From positions 10,901 to 74,900 of the forward strand of contig JBIOIQ010000003.1 in the NCBI GenBank assembly GCA_044449985.1: a stretch of 64,000 bases of DNA, given 5' to 3'. Each line of letters opens with the position of its first letter. Within the stretch, counting starts at the first letter, position 1. The notes beneath the pieces are model-generated. The model searched no databases. It saw only the letters and a program-made list of their open reading frames with translations, and was not told the origin of the DNA. Made by a program: the position numbers and the translations under genes. Source of the stretch: Candidatus Saccharimonadia bacterium. Its GTDB lineage: Bacteria; Patescibacteriota; Saccharimonadia; UBA4664; JBIOIQ01. Below, piece after piece: positions 1-9,350 of this stretch.

Positions 1-689
1 TACTGGCTGGCCTGGCCCGGACCGGATACGCCGGAGCAACCCGAAACTGGAGAGGCTGGAGTAGTTGGGGTGGCTGCAGCTGCGGAACCGCCGTAGAGCT
101 GCAAAATCTTTTGACCGTAAGCAATTCGACTAGGCAGTGAGTTGTCGCCGGGATTTTCATAAACCAAAAAAACCGGGGTGGCTGCTTGATCGACAGTCGT
201 GCTGGCTTTAACGGCGCCAAGAACGGTTGGATAGCTGGTGTTTAGTTCTTGCCAAGAAAAATCAAGCTGTGTGGACAGCGAGTCTTCCGGCTCGTTGTTT
301 GATGCTGCATAGGCAATAAGCTTAGTTAGTCTTCCTTGGTACCATTGGGCGATACCATGGGCGCCTATACTGTTGGTATCCGACGGGTTGAGGCCTGATT
401 CTGCTTCAAAATTACCGACAATTCCCGCCGACTGTACAGGTGTTAAGCCTTTACTGACAAAGAAATTAAAGGCTTTTTGAATATTGTCTGAGCCGAGCAG
501 GTTTGTGGCGACACCGATTTGGCAGGTTGCATTGCTCCCGTTATAGTATGGGCTTCCATAATTAATCTCGAGCTGGAGCTGTCCCGTTGCGGCGTAGGCT
601 ATTTGTGAAATTAGGAGGAGGGAAATAGAAATCACACACCTGACGGGTGAAGTTTTGAACCGTTGGAAATATAGGGTAGTTTTGCTCAT
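1..689 (-). CDS. Secreted peptidoglycan hydrolase with phage-tail-lysozyme/muramidase-like domain (gene 3' end runs off the window start)
   Basis: Absent from the ORF track because the window edge truncates it. My translation of the minus strand from ATG 689-687 reads MSKTTLYFQRFKTSPVRCVISISLLLISQIAYAATGQLQLEINYGSPYYNGSNATCQIG...FFVSKGLTPVQSAGIVGNFEAESGLNPSDTNSIGAHGIAQWYQGRLTKLIAYAA. It has a signal-like hydrophobic N-terminus and the GNFxxESGLNP...GIAQW pattern typical of phage tail lysozyme-type domains. It starts 2 nt after the stop of the M23 gene. Confidence 0.6.
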   Translation of the reverse strand, partial: MSKTTLYFQRFKTSPVRCVISISLLLISQIAYAATGQLQLEINYGSPYYNGSNATCQIGVATNLLGSDNIQKAFNFFVSKGLTPVQSAGIVGNFEAESGLNPSDTNSIGAHGIAQWYQGRLTKLIAYAASNNEPEDSLSTQLDFSWQELNTSYPTVLGAVKASTTVDQAATPVFLVYENPGDNSLPSRIAYGQKILQLYGGSAAAATPTTPASPVSGCSGVSGPGQASQ

Positions 690-691
690 CT

Positions 692-3346
692 TTATGCCGG
701 TGGACAGTGATTAGGGTTTGCAACGCCAGGAGGGATTAGGAGCCCATTATCGAGCGGGTCGACGTTGCCATTATCGTAACTGTCGCTGCCTTTTATTAGA
801 TTAAAATGAAGGTGAGGCCCGGACGATGTCCCGAAGTTGCCCATGGTGCCTATTTGTTGACCTTGAGTGACCATGTCCCCTGCTTTGACCAACATACTGT
901 TCATGTGGCCGTAGCTGGTGTAGTACTGGGTGCCGTGTTGGATCGCCACAAAATTCGGGCCATAGCCACTGGCCGGCCCAGCAAACACTACGGTACCGGC
1001 GGCGGCTGCATAAATTGGAGTTCCAATGCCACTTGAGTTGGCTATATCTATTCCGGGGTGCGTTCCCCCGACGGCCAAGGTGTAGCATTGAGTTATAGTT
1101 CCTCCGGCAATTTGTTCCGGCCAGGATAGTCCTCCGGGGTTAGTTTGTCCTGATGATACGGAAGAGCCTGAGCCACCTCCACTAACATTGGCTTGTTGGT
1201 TATAGATCATAACCAACGAATGAATGACGTACTTATCCGCCTGATATTGGTCACTCTCAAGGTGTAATGTTGTCGTATCGCTGTCGCAGGCACTGGTTGG
1301 GCCGGCAATAATTCTTTTGGCATACTGAGTCATTATGCTTGCGCCAGTCTGTGGGTTCCCGCTAGAATTCGCCGTCAAATAGCACTGTTGAAATTTTGAT
1401 ACATCTGAAGATTTCACCGTATTCTCGTTATTTAGGATGTCCCAGCTTTGAGTCGAAACTGGACCTACGTTTGGTAGACCGGTTATAGGGTCAAGCGCCG
1501 GATTATCCGCATTCGCAATATTTGTAGAAATTGCCGCAAGATAATGACTGCCCGATATTATCCATTTATCTGGGCTAAATATGGAACTCATAACCGTATC
1601 CACATGTGCTAAAACCGTAGCCGGGGTAGTTGGCATTGCAAAAGCTAATTGAACAACCAGCGACCTAGGATTATTCCCGTCGAAAAGTTGATAGGCCAGT
1701 CCGCCTTTTTTCGCCCGGGCAACCTGTTGGTTATGGATTTTGGTCAACATAAATGAGGCTTGGGCGGCGGTTTGCTGACGGCATCCGATTACCATGCACG
1801 ACATGTCAGCCATAATCTTAGCTCCTCCAGACATGTAGTTGCCCATATCCAGCGGGTCACCGTGAGCCGAAATTGCAGTATGCGCTAAAGTTGACACTTC
1901 CGTTGCTAGCAGCGCTGTGCCAGCAGTACCGGCAAAAAATGTACCAAATCCGGCGACTACAATTCCCACAATAGTTGCCGTGCCTATGTCTACTCCGGGC
2001 GTTATAGCTCCAATTACTAGTAAGATGGCAGTTAATCCCAGAATTCCAACTTGAACATTTGGTTGTAGCAGTCTCTGGCAAACCGGCTTAAGACCGATTA
2101 TATGGCTGAGCATGTAATTTACAAATGCACCATACTGCCCAAACGGCGCACTCAGGGGCATAGCCTGATTGGTAAGTCCCGGTCCAGTTATCGGCTGACC
2201 CGAAGCTTGTTGGGCTCCGGCGGAGTTTATAAATGACACTGATCCGTTATCAAACTTATCTGCAACTGCGCCGATGCCCGTTAAATTGCACTGGCCCTGT
2301 TTTTGACAATCAGCCCAAGAAAATACTGATTCTGCTGCTCGCACTAGGCCACCTGCCTTGTAGGCGGTGTAGGCCTCTTGTCCTCCTCCCCAGATGTCGA
2401 TGGCAATGCAGGCAATGGTAAACTTAGAAACGAGATCAAGAGCGCTGGCCGTTGCGCCCAAGAGATCGTTTGCTACCGATTTAGCAGCTTGGTCCGGTAT
2501 ACTCCCGTTTTGTACGTCAGTTTTGAGTTGGTTTACTTCGTTTTGGACTTGACCAGGAGGGAGGGCAGTCAAATCGCCCCCAGTTCCTTGAATCTCAGAA
2601 TCAAGTGAAGTGGTGACATCTGTTTCGGCCTGGGCTTCAGTCTCATTGGGATCAACCTCTTGCACAGTTCTGTCTTGGATTCCGGCAGCTTCATCGACGA
2701 CTGTACCTAATGCTCCATCGGCGGTGGTTTGTAGCTCCGTTTCGACTTCTGCGGTTAAGTTCTGAGCGTCTTGTCCTGAGACACTGGTTAAATCTACTCC
2801 TTCGACCTTCGCGTCAGCGGCCGCTTGCCCGAGTTGTTCGGCTAATGGAGCATCCTCAGGTAAGGGTGCCTGGTCGGGAGTGCCTGCTGGGACAGTTTTA
2901 GCCTCGGCGAGAGCAGCGTTAATTCGATCTGAAACAAGTGAATCTACCTGAGCAAACCGATAATCTATAAACAGTTCTTTTATATGGTTGAGTTTGAAAA
3001 GTGCTAAGAAAAAGAAAAATAGTATAAGCGGGACAATAATAACCCCGACTACTCCCGCAATCGGCCCAAATATCTTGGCATATTTTTTGACATTTGATTT
3101 GCCAGTTGCTTTTGAGGCTCCCTTTAGCAACTTTGAAGTAGATAAACCTGCACCTCCTGACCCCGTTGCCGATGAAGCCCTGTCTTGCCCAAGAGGTGAT
3201 TCTTGTGTCTCAGTTGCCTGCTCGGGCACGGACGGTGCAGCGTCTGTCAGGGGACTTGGAGATGAACCCGGCGGTCGACTGGGTTCCGTGAGACCCGTGT
3301 CGCGCACCGGTGTCAGGTTATCTTCGTCGAGAGTCCCGAGAGGCAT
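692..3346 (-). CDS. Large membrane protein with C-terminal M23/LytM metallopeptidase domain (T4SS-associated cell-wall hydrolase candidate)
   Basis: 884-aa ORF with a Pro/Ser/Thr/Glu-rich N-terminus and TM helix IFGPIAGVVGVIIVPLILFFFFLALF. More hydrophobic helices lie mid-protein (VGILGLTAILLVIGAITPGVDIG...). The C-terminus carries the M23 motifs HPGIDIA (HxxxD) and GPHLHFNL (HxH). A 1-nt gap follows the virB4 stop and a 2-nt gap precedes the next gene. Confidence 0.85.
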   Translation of the reverse strand: MPLGTLDEDNLTPVRDTGLTEPSRPPGSSPSPLTDAAPSVPEQATETQESPLGQDRASSATGSGGAGLSTSKLLKGASKATGKSNVKKYAKIFGPIAGVVGVIIVPLILFFFFLALFKLNHIKELFIDYRFAQVDSLVSDRINAALAEAKTVPAGTPDQAPLPEDAPLAEQLGQAAADAKVEGVDLTSVSGQDAQNLTAEVETELQTTADGALGTVVDEAAGIQDRTVQEVDPNETEAQAETDVTTSLDSEIQGTGGDLTALPPGQVQNEVNQLKTDVQNGSIPDQAAKSVANDLLGATASALDLVSKFTIACIAIDIWGGGQEAYTAYKAGGLVRAAESVFSWADCQKQGQCNLTGIGAVADKFDNGSVSFINSAGAQQASGQPITGPGLTNQAMPLSAPFGQYGAFVNYMLSHIIGLKPVCQRLLQPNVQVGILGLTAILLVIGAITPGVDIGTATIVGIVVAGFGTFFAGTAGTALLATEVSTLAHTAISAHGDPLDMGNYMSGGAKIMADMSCMVIGCRQQTAAQASFMLTKIHNQQVARAKKGGLAYQLFDGNNPRSLVVQLAFAMPTTPATVLAHVDTVMSSIFSPDKWIISGSHYLAAISTNIANADNPALDPITGLPNVGPVSTQSWDILNNENTVKSSDVSKFQQCYLTANSSGNPQTGASIMTQYAKRIIAGPTSACDSDTTTLHLESDQYQADKYVIHSLVMIYNQQANVSGGGSGSSVSSGQTNPGGLSWPEQIAGGTITQCYTLAVGGTHPGIDIANSSGIGTPIYAAAAGTVVFAGPASGYGPNFVAIQHGTQYYTSYGHMNSMLVKAGDMVTQGQQIGTMGNFGTSSGPHLHFNLIKGSDSYDNGNVDPLDNGLLIPPGVANPNHCPPA

Positions 3347-3347
3347 G

Positions 3348-5225
3348 CTAGCTTACCTGATTATACTTTTGAGCGTAATCAGCTTCCGTTTTTGCTGGGT
3401 TGGTTTCGATGAGTTCGGACTCAGTTTGAGAAGCTAAGATTCGAATTATGACATGGTTTAAACCTGCAAAGAAGAGTCCTTCTCCGACCGGGAACTGACT
3501 TAGGCGAGCTTTTTCGGCCTCAGTTAATTTAAAGGTGTCGGCTACGATATCAACGGCTGAAGGGGCTTGCTTGAGGAGTAGTTGGAGCGAAGAGTTTGAG
3601 ACGACGGCTCGACCCAGTCTTGAGCTTAAGAAATCTTCCACGTCTTGCGAAATGGTGGTTAGACCCAAGAAATATTTCCGAGCTCTTTTGGCAATGCTAA
3701 ACATAAAATTAGCTGAGTCGTCATATTTCATGAGTTGCCATGCTTCGTCGACTACTAGTATGCGTTTGCGTTTATCTGATTTTACTCTGTTCCAGATGTA
3801 ATTTAAGATGATGTACATTGCGACCGGGCGCAGTTCATCTTCAAGGTCGCGAATGTTAAAGACCACAAAATTGTTATTTATATCGACATTGGATTGCTGA
3901 GAAAATATTCCCGAGAATGTCCCCGTAGTGTATTTTCGAAGCCTCTGAGCAAGCGCGGGCCCGTTTCCGCTCATACTTTCCAAAATGCTATACAGATCAT
4001 TCATAGTTGGGGGTGTTGCGCCGTGTGTCAGTGGATCATTGGTAATACCTGCTTTGGCATAGGTATTAATGATTGCCACGTCGAGATCAGCATCTTCGGC
4101 AGGAGTTAGTGCTCCATAATTGGTTTGTGAACCGCCGGCAGCTTGCTGCGCCTGCGCAATTGCGCCACCCATCATGAGCCTCAGCAGTCCATGCAGAGTG
4201 ATTATGTTTGCGCGAAGGGCATTATCGGCATCTTCAGAATCGAGCACTCTCGGCAGGTCAAACGGATTTAGCCTGGTATCTGATGCGAGCGAAACCCTTA
4301 AGTAACTTCCACCGACCGCGTCGCATAAAGTGCGGTACTCGTCTTCCGGATCAATAATTATTACCTCTGTACCGAGCATGAGAGAACGTAGTGCCTCAAG
4401 TTTTACTGCAAAGCTTTTTCCGGCACCGGATTTCGCAAAAACCACCATATTGGCATTTTCAAGACTAAAGCGATCAAATAAGACTAAACCGTTATTGTGG
4501 CGGTTGAGCCCGTAAAGAACTCCTTCATTCCGAGATAGTTCCGCAGAAGTAAAAGGAAAACAAGTTGAGAGCGCACCGGTATTCATATTGCGTGATATCT
4601 GAAGTTGATCAGACGCCATTGGCAGCGTTGAGTTAAAGCCTTGCTCCATCTGCAAACTCGCTGCTTTGGTATAGACGAGGGATTGTCCGAACATGCCCTC
4701 AATTTTTCGTTGCATATTGGTGAGATTTTCTAGCGTATCGGCGTACATTGTGAGATACAAGCCAAACCGGAAAAAACGTTCCTCCCCGACCTGCAGTTTG
4801 TCCCGAAGCTCCTCGGCATCAACGATGGCTGCTTCAAGTCCGGGATCTCTGACTCGTCCCTTTTCTTGGTTAATGTCATAGGACGCCTGCAGCTCACTAA
4901 CTTTTCGTCGTAAGTTATCTAAGACAACTTGGCTCTCAACCGGGTAGACATTAATACTGATATCGATTACTTCGTCCAAGTTGATCAAGGGCGATAACCA
5001 CCCCGTAAAAATTTGCCGTGGGTAGCCGTACACGTAAAGGGTTCGGGCAAATCGTTGCCCGATTTGAATATAGCCGGCTTCAATTTTAAGAGACGGTGGC
5101 GCAATAATGTCTCGCATCGAGACGATCCCTTGGCGGTAGACCGCCTCGGCTTCCTGTTGTTCGCGGATTTTTTCAGCTTGCGCCAGTACTAGTGGATCAT
5201 TGGGAGTTTTACTAAAAATTGCCAT
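3348..5225 (-). CDS. virB4: VirB4/TrsE/ConE-family T4SS ATPase (ATPase-containing part)
   Basis: 625-aa ORF with Walker A FAKSGAGKSF and Walker B ILVVDEAWQL. Upstream segment IAPPSLKIEAGYIQIGQRFARTLYVYGYPRQIFTGWL is typical of VirB4-family middle domains. Confidence 0.9.
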   Translation of the reverse strand: MAIFSKTPNDPLVLAQAEKIREQQEAEAVYRQGIVSMRDIIAPPSLKIEAGYIQIGQRFARTLYVYGYPRQIFTGWLSPLINLDEVIDISINVYPVESQVVLDNLRRKVSELQASYDINQEKGRVRDPGLEAAIVDAEELRDKLQVGEERFFRFGLYLTMYADTLENLTNMQRKIEGMFGQSLVYTKAASLQMEQGFNSTLPMASDQLQISRNMNTGALSTCFPFTSAELSRNEGVLYGLNRHNNGLVLFDRFSLENANMVVFAKSGAGKSFAVKLEALRSLMLGTEVIIIDPEDEYRTLCDAVGGSYLRVSLASDTRLNPFDLPRVLDSEDADNALRANIITLHGLLRLMMGGAIAQAQQAAGGSQTNYGALTPAEDADLDVAIINTYAKAGITNDPLTHGATPPTMNDLYSILESMSGNGPALAQRLRKYTTGTFSGIFSQQSNVDINNNFVVFNIRDLEDELRPVAMYIILNYIWNRVKSDKRKRILVVDEAWQLMKYDDSANFMFSIAKRARKYFLGLTTISQDVEDFLSSRLGRAVVSNSSLQLLLKQAPSAVDIVADTFKLTEAEKARLSQFPVGEGLFFAGLNHVIIRILASQTESELIETNPAKTEADYAQKYNQVS

Positions 5226-5971
5226 TAACTCGAGCCTCCTGCCAAAGGTTGGGGTGGAGTTTTTCCTTCGCCCTTGGTCACGACTGCCGATTGGAGTTGG
5301 GCCGGATCTATAAGTTTTTCATTTTGAGCGGCTTCGGGATTGTAGGAGGCATAATAGAGATCAATTAATTCTTGAGAGTTAAGCGGAATTGCCCGGAGTC
5401 CCATTTGCGCCAGTCCAGCCGAAACCAGTTGGACCCTTTGCGCCAGCTCATTCTTCGCTCGTTCAAAATCGGCGGCTCCAACAGTTACAACCGGGGTAGG
5501 TTTAAAAATGTTCCCCAGACCCGTCACAATATTCGTCTTTGTTGGATCAATTTGAGGGAAAAATGGGACAACTACGAAAAATTGTTTGTCCATGATATTT
5601 ACCTCGTCAACGAGACCTTTAATATTGGCGATGTAATCGTCCATCAGGCCGGCCAGTAATTGATTGTCTTGATCAGTTCTTTTTTTACCAAGATTTTCAA
5701 TATAGGCATCAAGATCAATGCGTCTTGATTTAATGATGATTTGGAGAGGAAAATGAAGAGAATTTAAAAATCCCTGATAAGCAAACTCAACCGCATCCTG
5801 TTCCTGAGCACTCATGAGATCAAAGTTTATCGCGCTCGAAAGAATTACGGCCCGAAGGCTGCCATCTCGCATGACGACAATGCCGTCTTTTATTTCGGAT
5901 ATGAGTAAGCTACCCTGAGTACTCTTAAGGTTAGTGGCGGGTTGAGCAGGTTGATTAACAGGTTGAGCCAT
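5225..5971 (-). CDS. Candidate detached N-terminal domain of a long Gram-positive-type VirB4 (split VirB4), otherwise hypothetical
   Basis: 248-aa ORF whose stop overlaps the virB4 ATG (TAATG, 5227-5223). Segment DGIVVMRDGSLRAVILSSAINFDLMSAQEQDAVEFAYQGFLNSLHFPLQIIIKS resembles, from my memory of the family, the extreme N-terminus of the ~800-aa VirB4/ConE/Tn916-Orf16-type ATPases. 248 + 625 aa adds up to that length. Confidence 0.5.
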   Translation of the reverse strand: MAQPVNQPAQPATNLKSTQGSLLISEIKDGIVVMRDGSLRAVILSSAINFDLMSAQEQDAVEFAYQGFLNSLHFPLQIIIKSRRIDLDAYIENLGKKRTDQDNQLLAGLMDDYIANIKGLVDEVNIMDKQFFVVVPFFPQIDPTKTNIVTGLGNIFKPTPVVTVGAADFERAKNELAQRVQLVSAGLAQMGLRAIPLNSQELIDLYYASYNPEAAQNEKLIDPAQLQSAVVTKGEGKTPPQPLAGGSS

Positions 5972-6024
5972 TCGAAATAAATCCTAAAAGAAATCAGTTC
6001 GAGATTCTTATTTGCGATTGGTTT

Positions 6025-6921
6025 TTAGGGGTTTTGGGTGTTTGGCCTGACATCAATGCTCTGCCCTTCTATAAGCTGATTAGCTTGATTGGCTTGAGCA
6101 GCAATCTGGCTGACCTGACTCACTTTCAGATCAGAATTCTCCATGGCTCTTTTTAGTATATCAGCAATCGGGTTCACCGTCATCTCAGTTACGCTTACTT
6201 TTTCCGCAGTTACTGCAGGTTCAGCCAGATGTTCAGGTTGGGCTATGCTACCCGGTTTGACCTCTTTTGGTTTAGGCAGCTGAGCCTGTACTCGCTCCAG
6301 GGCTTCCTCGCGAATATTCTTTTCAGAAGCGTGAATTAGCTCATTGAGATTTTGCATCGAAGGATTGGTGGTACTCAACATATCGTCATTTAATCCAACG
6401 TCCATCGGTTCAACGGTATTTGCTACCAGCTCGTTTGTGGCAAGACGATCGGACAAATCAATCACTGGTACCATGTCGCTATCTGATTCTTGAACTTCCG
6501 GCTGTTTTGAGCTCCATCCCCTTGTGTCGACAATTTCAGCAAGTCGCTCAAGTTCGCCCTGGACTTTTCTTGGATCGAGCTGGGTCTGGACTTGCTTCAC
6601 CTTCGGCTGCTCGATCTTAAAAACTTCGATCAGCTCTTCTTTGATCCAAAGTCTACGCCTTGGCTTAAACCAGTAATTGATAAGGGCGATAAAATAAGCT
6701 TCAAACGGTTGACCGTCGCGCTGATACAGTCCAAGCAATAAAAATATTAGTGCCGGTGGGACGCCAACGATCAAAAAGACAAATAGGATCGACTTAAACA
6801 ATTCATAGGTAATTAGAAGCCAAGCAAATCCAATCACTGAATAGATAAACTGCTTTAGGGTGAGGAACCCGATTATCTTGTCTTCCGCCTCAACATCTTG
6901 CGGGACTTTGTACTGAGCCAT
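6025..6921 (-). CDS. PrgI-family / VirB3-like small T4SS membrane protein with long C-terminal extension
   Basis: 298-aa ORF. N-terminus MAQYKVPQDVEAEDKIIGFLTLKQFIYSVIGFAWLL plus a second TM (VFLIVGVPPALIFLLLGLY) fits the PrgI-family pattern. It lies directly upstream of the VirB4 modules. Confidence 0.6.
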   Translation of the reverse strand: MAQYKVPQDVEAEDKIIGFLTLKQFIYSVIGFAWLLITYELFKSILFVFLIVGVPPALIFLLLGLYQRDGQPFEAYFIALINYWFKPRRRLWIKEELIEVFKIEQPKVKQVQTQLDPRKVQGELERLAEIVDTRGWSSKQPEVQESDSDMVPVIDLSDRLATNELVANTVEPMDVGLNDDMLSTTNPSMQNLNELIHASEKNIREEALERVQAQLPKPKEVKPGSIAQPEHLAEPAVTAEKVSVTEMTVNPIADILKRAMENSDLKVSQVSQIAAQANQANQLIEGQSIDVRPNTQNP

Positions 6922-6979
6922 ATGACATTAGTATAATGCCAATTCGTCAAAACTAAGACTTGAAACCTGGAAATCGCGA

Positions 6980-9178
6980 TTAGTCTTCGTCTTCAACCAA
7001 GTCTACTCGACCCGCCCCAGCAATACCTTCTGGGTTGATTTTACCTTCCGGCGATACATAGGTCATGAAAAAGTCATAGGCTGACATCACGTGTCCATCA
7101 TAGTTAACTTGCTTCTCGCGCATTAACTGTTCATAGCGCTCATCATACATATCCTCGATTTGCCCAGTCAGTGGACTGATATCTCGCATGCCTCTGACCA
7201 AACCATCTCGGAATCGTTTGACGGTGTTCTGGTCAATTTTTGAAGAAAGATCTCTCGACTTTGCAATCTGAGTGAAGCTATCCGCGAGTTTTGATACACG
7301 TTCCTGTCGAAGTGAATCGACAGTTTTGCCTAAATTAACTTCGTTTTCGCTTGGAGGCACGTCACCCATCAGTCGAGTAAAGAAGAACGGGGAGGCAGAA
7401 CCGTGCATAGATGCAACTTGAGCTGCACTTAAGGTGTCGAAGACAGAATTTAGTTTACCTGGGTTTACCGGGGGGACGGCTTGAATAACTTGCCCCATCA
7501 TGCCACTAGCGCCAAGTCCCCGATACCAGGTATCTTGGATTTCGGATTTGGGTAGCCCAGATAAATTGGCAGGATCCGTTGCTGTGGTTAGATCTCGGAA
7601 CCCACCTCTATAGTTATCTGCAGATGTATCAAATAGCTTATTGTAGATTCGTGAGACTTCAAGATTTCCACCTTGCTTAACAATTTGAGCTAAAGCTTGT
7701 GCGCGCATGGCTTTATTGATTGTGACAGTTTTTCGTTTACCACTTGGATCTTCATAACTAAACTGTGAACCATCTTTTCGCAGGAATACTTCTTTCATGA
7801 GAGCATCATTTCCCATGCCTTGATCGTCAAACAGGGAACCCCAGTCTTTCATCTGGGCAGATACTGCATCATCATATCCTCGAACGAGCCTTCTCTTAGT
7901 CGGAGTTCCAAACCAATATTGACCAGCCTGGCCCCTGGCGATTCCACGTTGAAGCCTTTTACCAAAACTATTGCCCCGAATATCTCGGGTACCGATGAAA
8001 CCTCGTTCTCTTTGGGTAGCAACAGCATCTTTGCGCAATTGACTGTTCCGAAGTCGATTGCGAGCTGAACGTGTTCGATCTGAAATCCGTCCTGAAACAG
8101 TGTTATAGATGCTCCCCGCCCATTTAAAAGTTGCTGGGATCATGTAGAAGGCTATTAGTGGGACCATACTAGCGAGCACTATGTCGACCTGACTCGCAAC
8201 GCCGTTAGTATTTCCTCCGGTGCTGACGCCCTGAGCTGCTTTTGCAACAATTCCACCGATCGAAAGAATGGTCACGATTATTGGATAAAGTAATATCATC
8301 CTCACCAGATTTTTGTACCAAAGCTTAAACATGCTTTCGGTATTTGGAAGTACCCAGGCGGCAAAAGCTAAAGGTGAAGCAATTATTAAAATCGCAATGA
8401 TAAGTTGCCTGGCGGCTAGACTAATGAAAACTCCTGCGACACCTATAACCAGCCCTAAGAGCATGAGCAATATAACGGGGAGTCCCAGAATAAAGCCAGT
8501 AATAATTGCTCCAAAACTTGAGGCCGTTATTACAAAGATCGATTGAACGCTTGCCAAACTTGAGCCATTTTGACCTGGCATTGACCCAGCAAGACCATTG
8601 AATATACCGCTGATGCCTGCCCCCAAAATGTTGCCTATATCTACAGCCCAGGCCGAAATAAAAAATGAGAGTTGCACCAAAATCACGGCCACTATCAGTT
8701 TTGGAAGCATCGACTTAAGTTGGTATGAGCTACCAGAGATTGAGGTCAAGGTGCTGAAAATGAGCACCATAAAAAGTAAAACAAAAGCAACATCTGCCAG
8801 ATCTCTAAATGCCGACCAGGCCTGGTAGATACTATTGTCTTGAACAAGAGGTCGTACTTGGAGTAGGTCAACTATCAATCCACCCATTTTTGAAACTGCA
8901 TCCGTTAAAGTATTAATTATTGGGCATGCGATCCATGTTAGCGGACCAATTCCAGAGGGACAGGTAGATTTGATATTTAAGCTATTATTAGTCGAGGTTG
9001 GAAGCTGGCTTGCAATGTTCGAATTGCTCGTTGCCGAATTCGAGCTTATATCGGTTGATTGGGTAATCGACGGTTGGTTATTTACAGTATTTGCCGCTTC
9101 GGCATAATTAAATTGACCCAGGAGACAGCCTGCGATTAATAGGGACATAAAAGCAACAAGAAATTGTCGATAATTCAT
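6980..9178 (-). CDS. Polytopic membrane protein, VirB6/TrbL/ConG-like channel-subunit candidate (paralog A)
   Basis: 732-aa ORF with a signal/TM N-terminus and a Ser/Asn/Thr-rich ectodomain. Multiple hydrophobic helices follow, then a ~330-aa Arg/Lys-rich soluble C-terminal region. It shares blocks with 9351..12020: ADVAFVLLFMVLIFS vs ADVGFILIFLFIIFS, and SPLAFAAWVLPNTESMFKLWYKNLVRMILLYPIIV vs SPLAFIAWILPNTENLFTAWYKNLTKAILMYPLIV. Confidence 0.65.
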   Translation of the reverse strand: MNYRQFLVAFMSLLIAGCLLGQFNYAEAANTVNNQPSITQSTDISSNSATSNSNIASQLPTSTNNSLNIKSTCPSGIGPLTWIACPIINTLTDAVSKMGGLIVDLLQVRPLVQDNSIYQAWSAFRDLADVAFVLLFMVLIFSTLTSISGSSYQLKSMLPKLIVAVILVQLSFFISAWAVDIGNILGAGISGIFNGLAGSMPGQNGSSLASVQSIFVITASSFGAIITGFILGLPVILLMLLGLVIGVAGVFISLAARQLIIAILIIASPLAFAAWVLPNTESMFKLWYKNLVRMILLYPIIVTILSIGGIVAKAAQGVSTGGNTNGVASQVDIVLASMVPLIAFYMIPATFKWAGSIYNTVSGRISDRTRSARNRLRNSQLRKDAVATQRERGFIGTRDIRGNSFGKRLQRGIARGQAGQYWFGTPTKRRLVRGYDDAVSAQMKDWGSLFDDQGMGNDALMKEVFLRKDGSQFSYEDPSGKRKTVTINKAMRAQALAQIVKQGGNLEVSRIYNKLFDTSADNYRGGFRDLTTATDPANLSGLPKSEIQDTWYRGLGASGMMGQVIQAVPPVNPGKLNSVFDTLSAAQVASMHGSASPFFFTRLMGDVPPSENEVNLGKTVDSLRQERVSKLADSFTQIAKSRDLSSKIDQNTVKRFRDGLVRGMRDISPLTGQIEDMYDERYEQLMREKQVNYDGHVMSAYDFFMTYVSPEGKINPEGIAGAGRVDLVEDED

Positions 9179-9350
9179 AAGTAATCTGAATTTCTTTATT
9201 CAAAAACTAATACTATAGATATTTCGGCACAGACAAACAAATGGAAGTAAGCTGACAATTATGTCAGATGATGCTAGAACTTCCTCTTATCAATCGCAAA
9301 GTATAACATATTTATGGTTCTATGGGAAGAATTTAGTTTTCCACGGTTAT

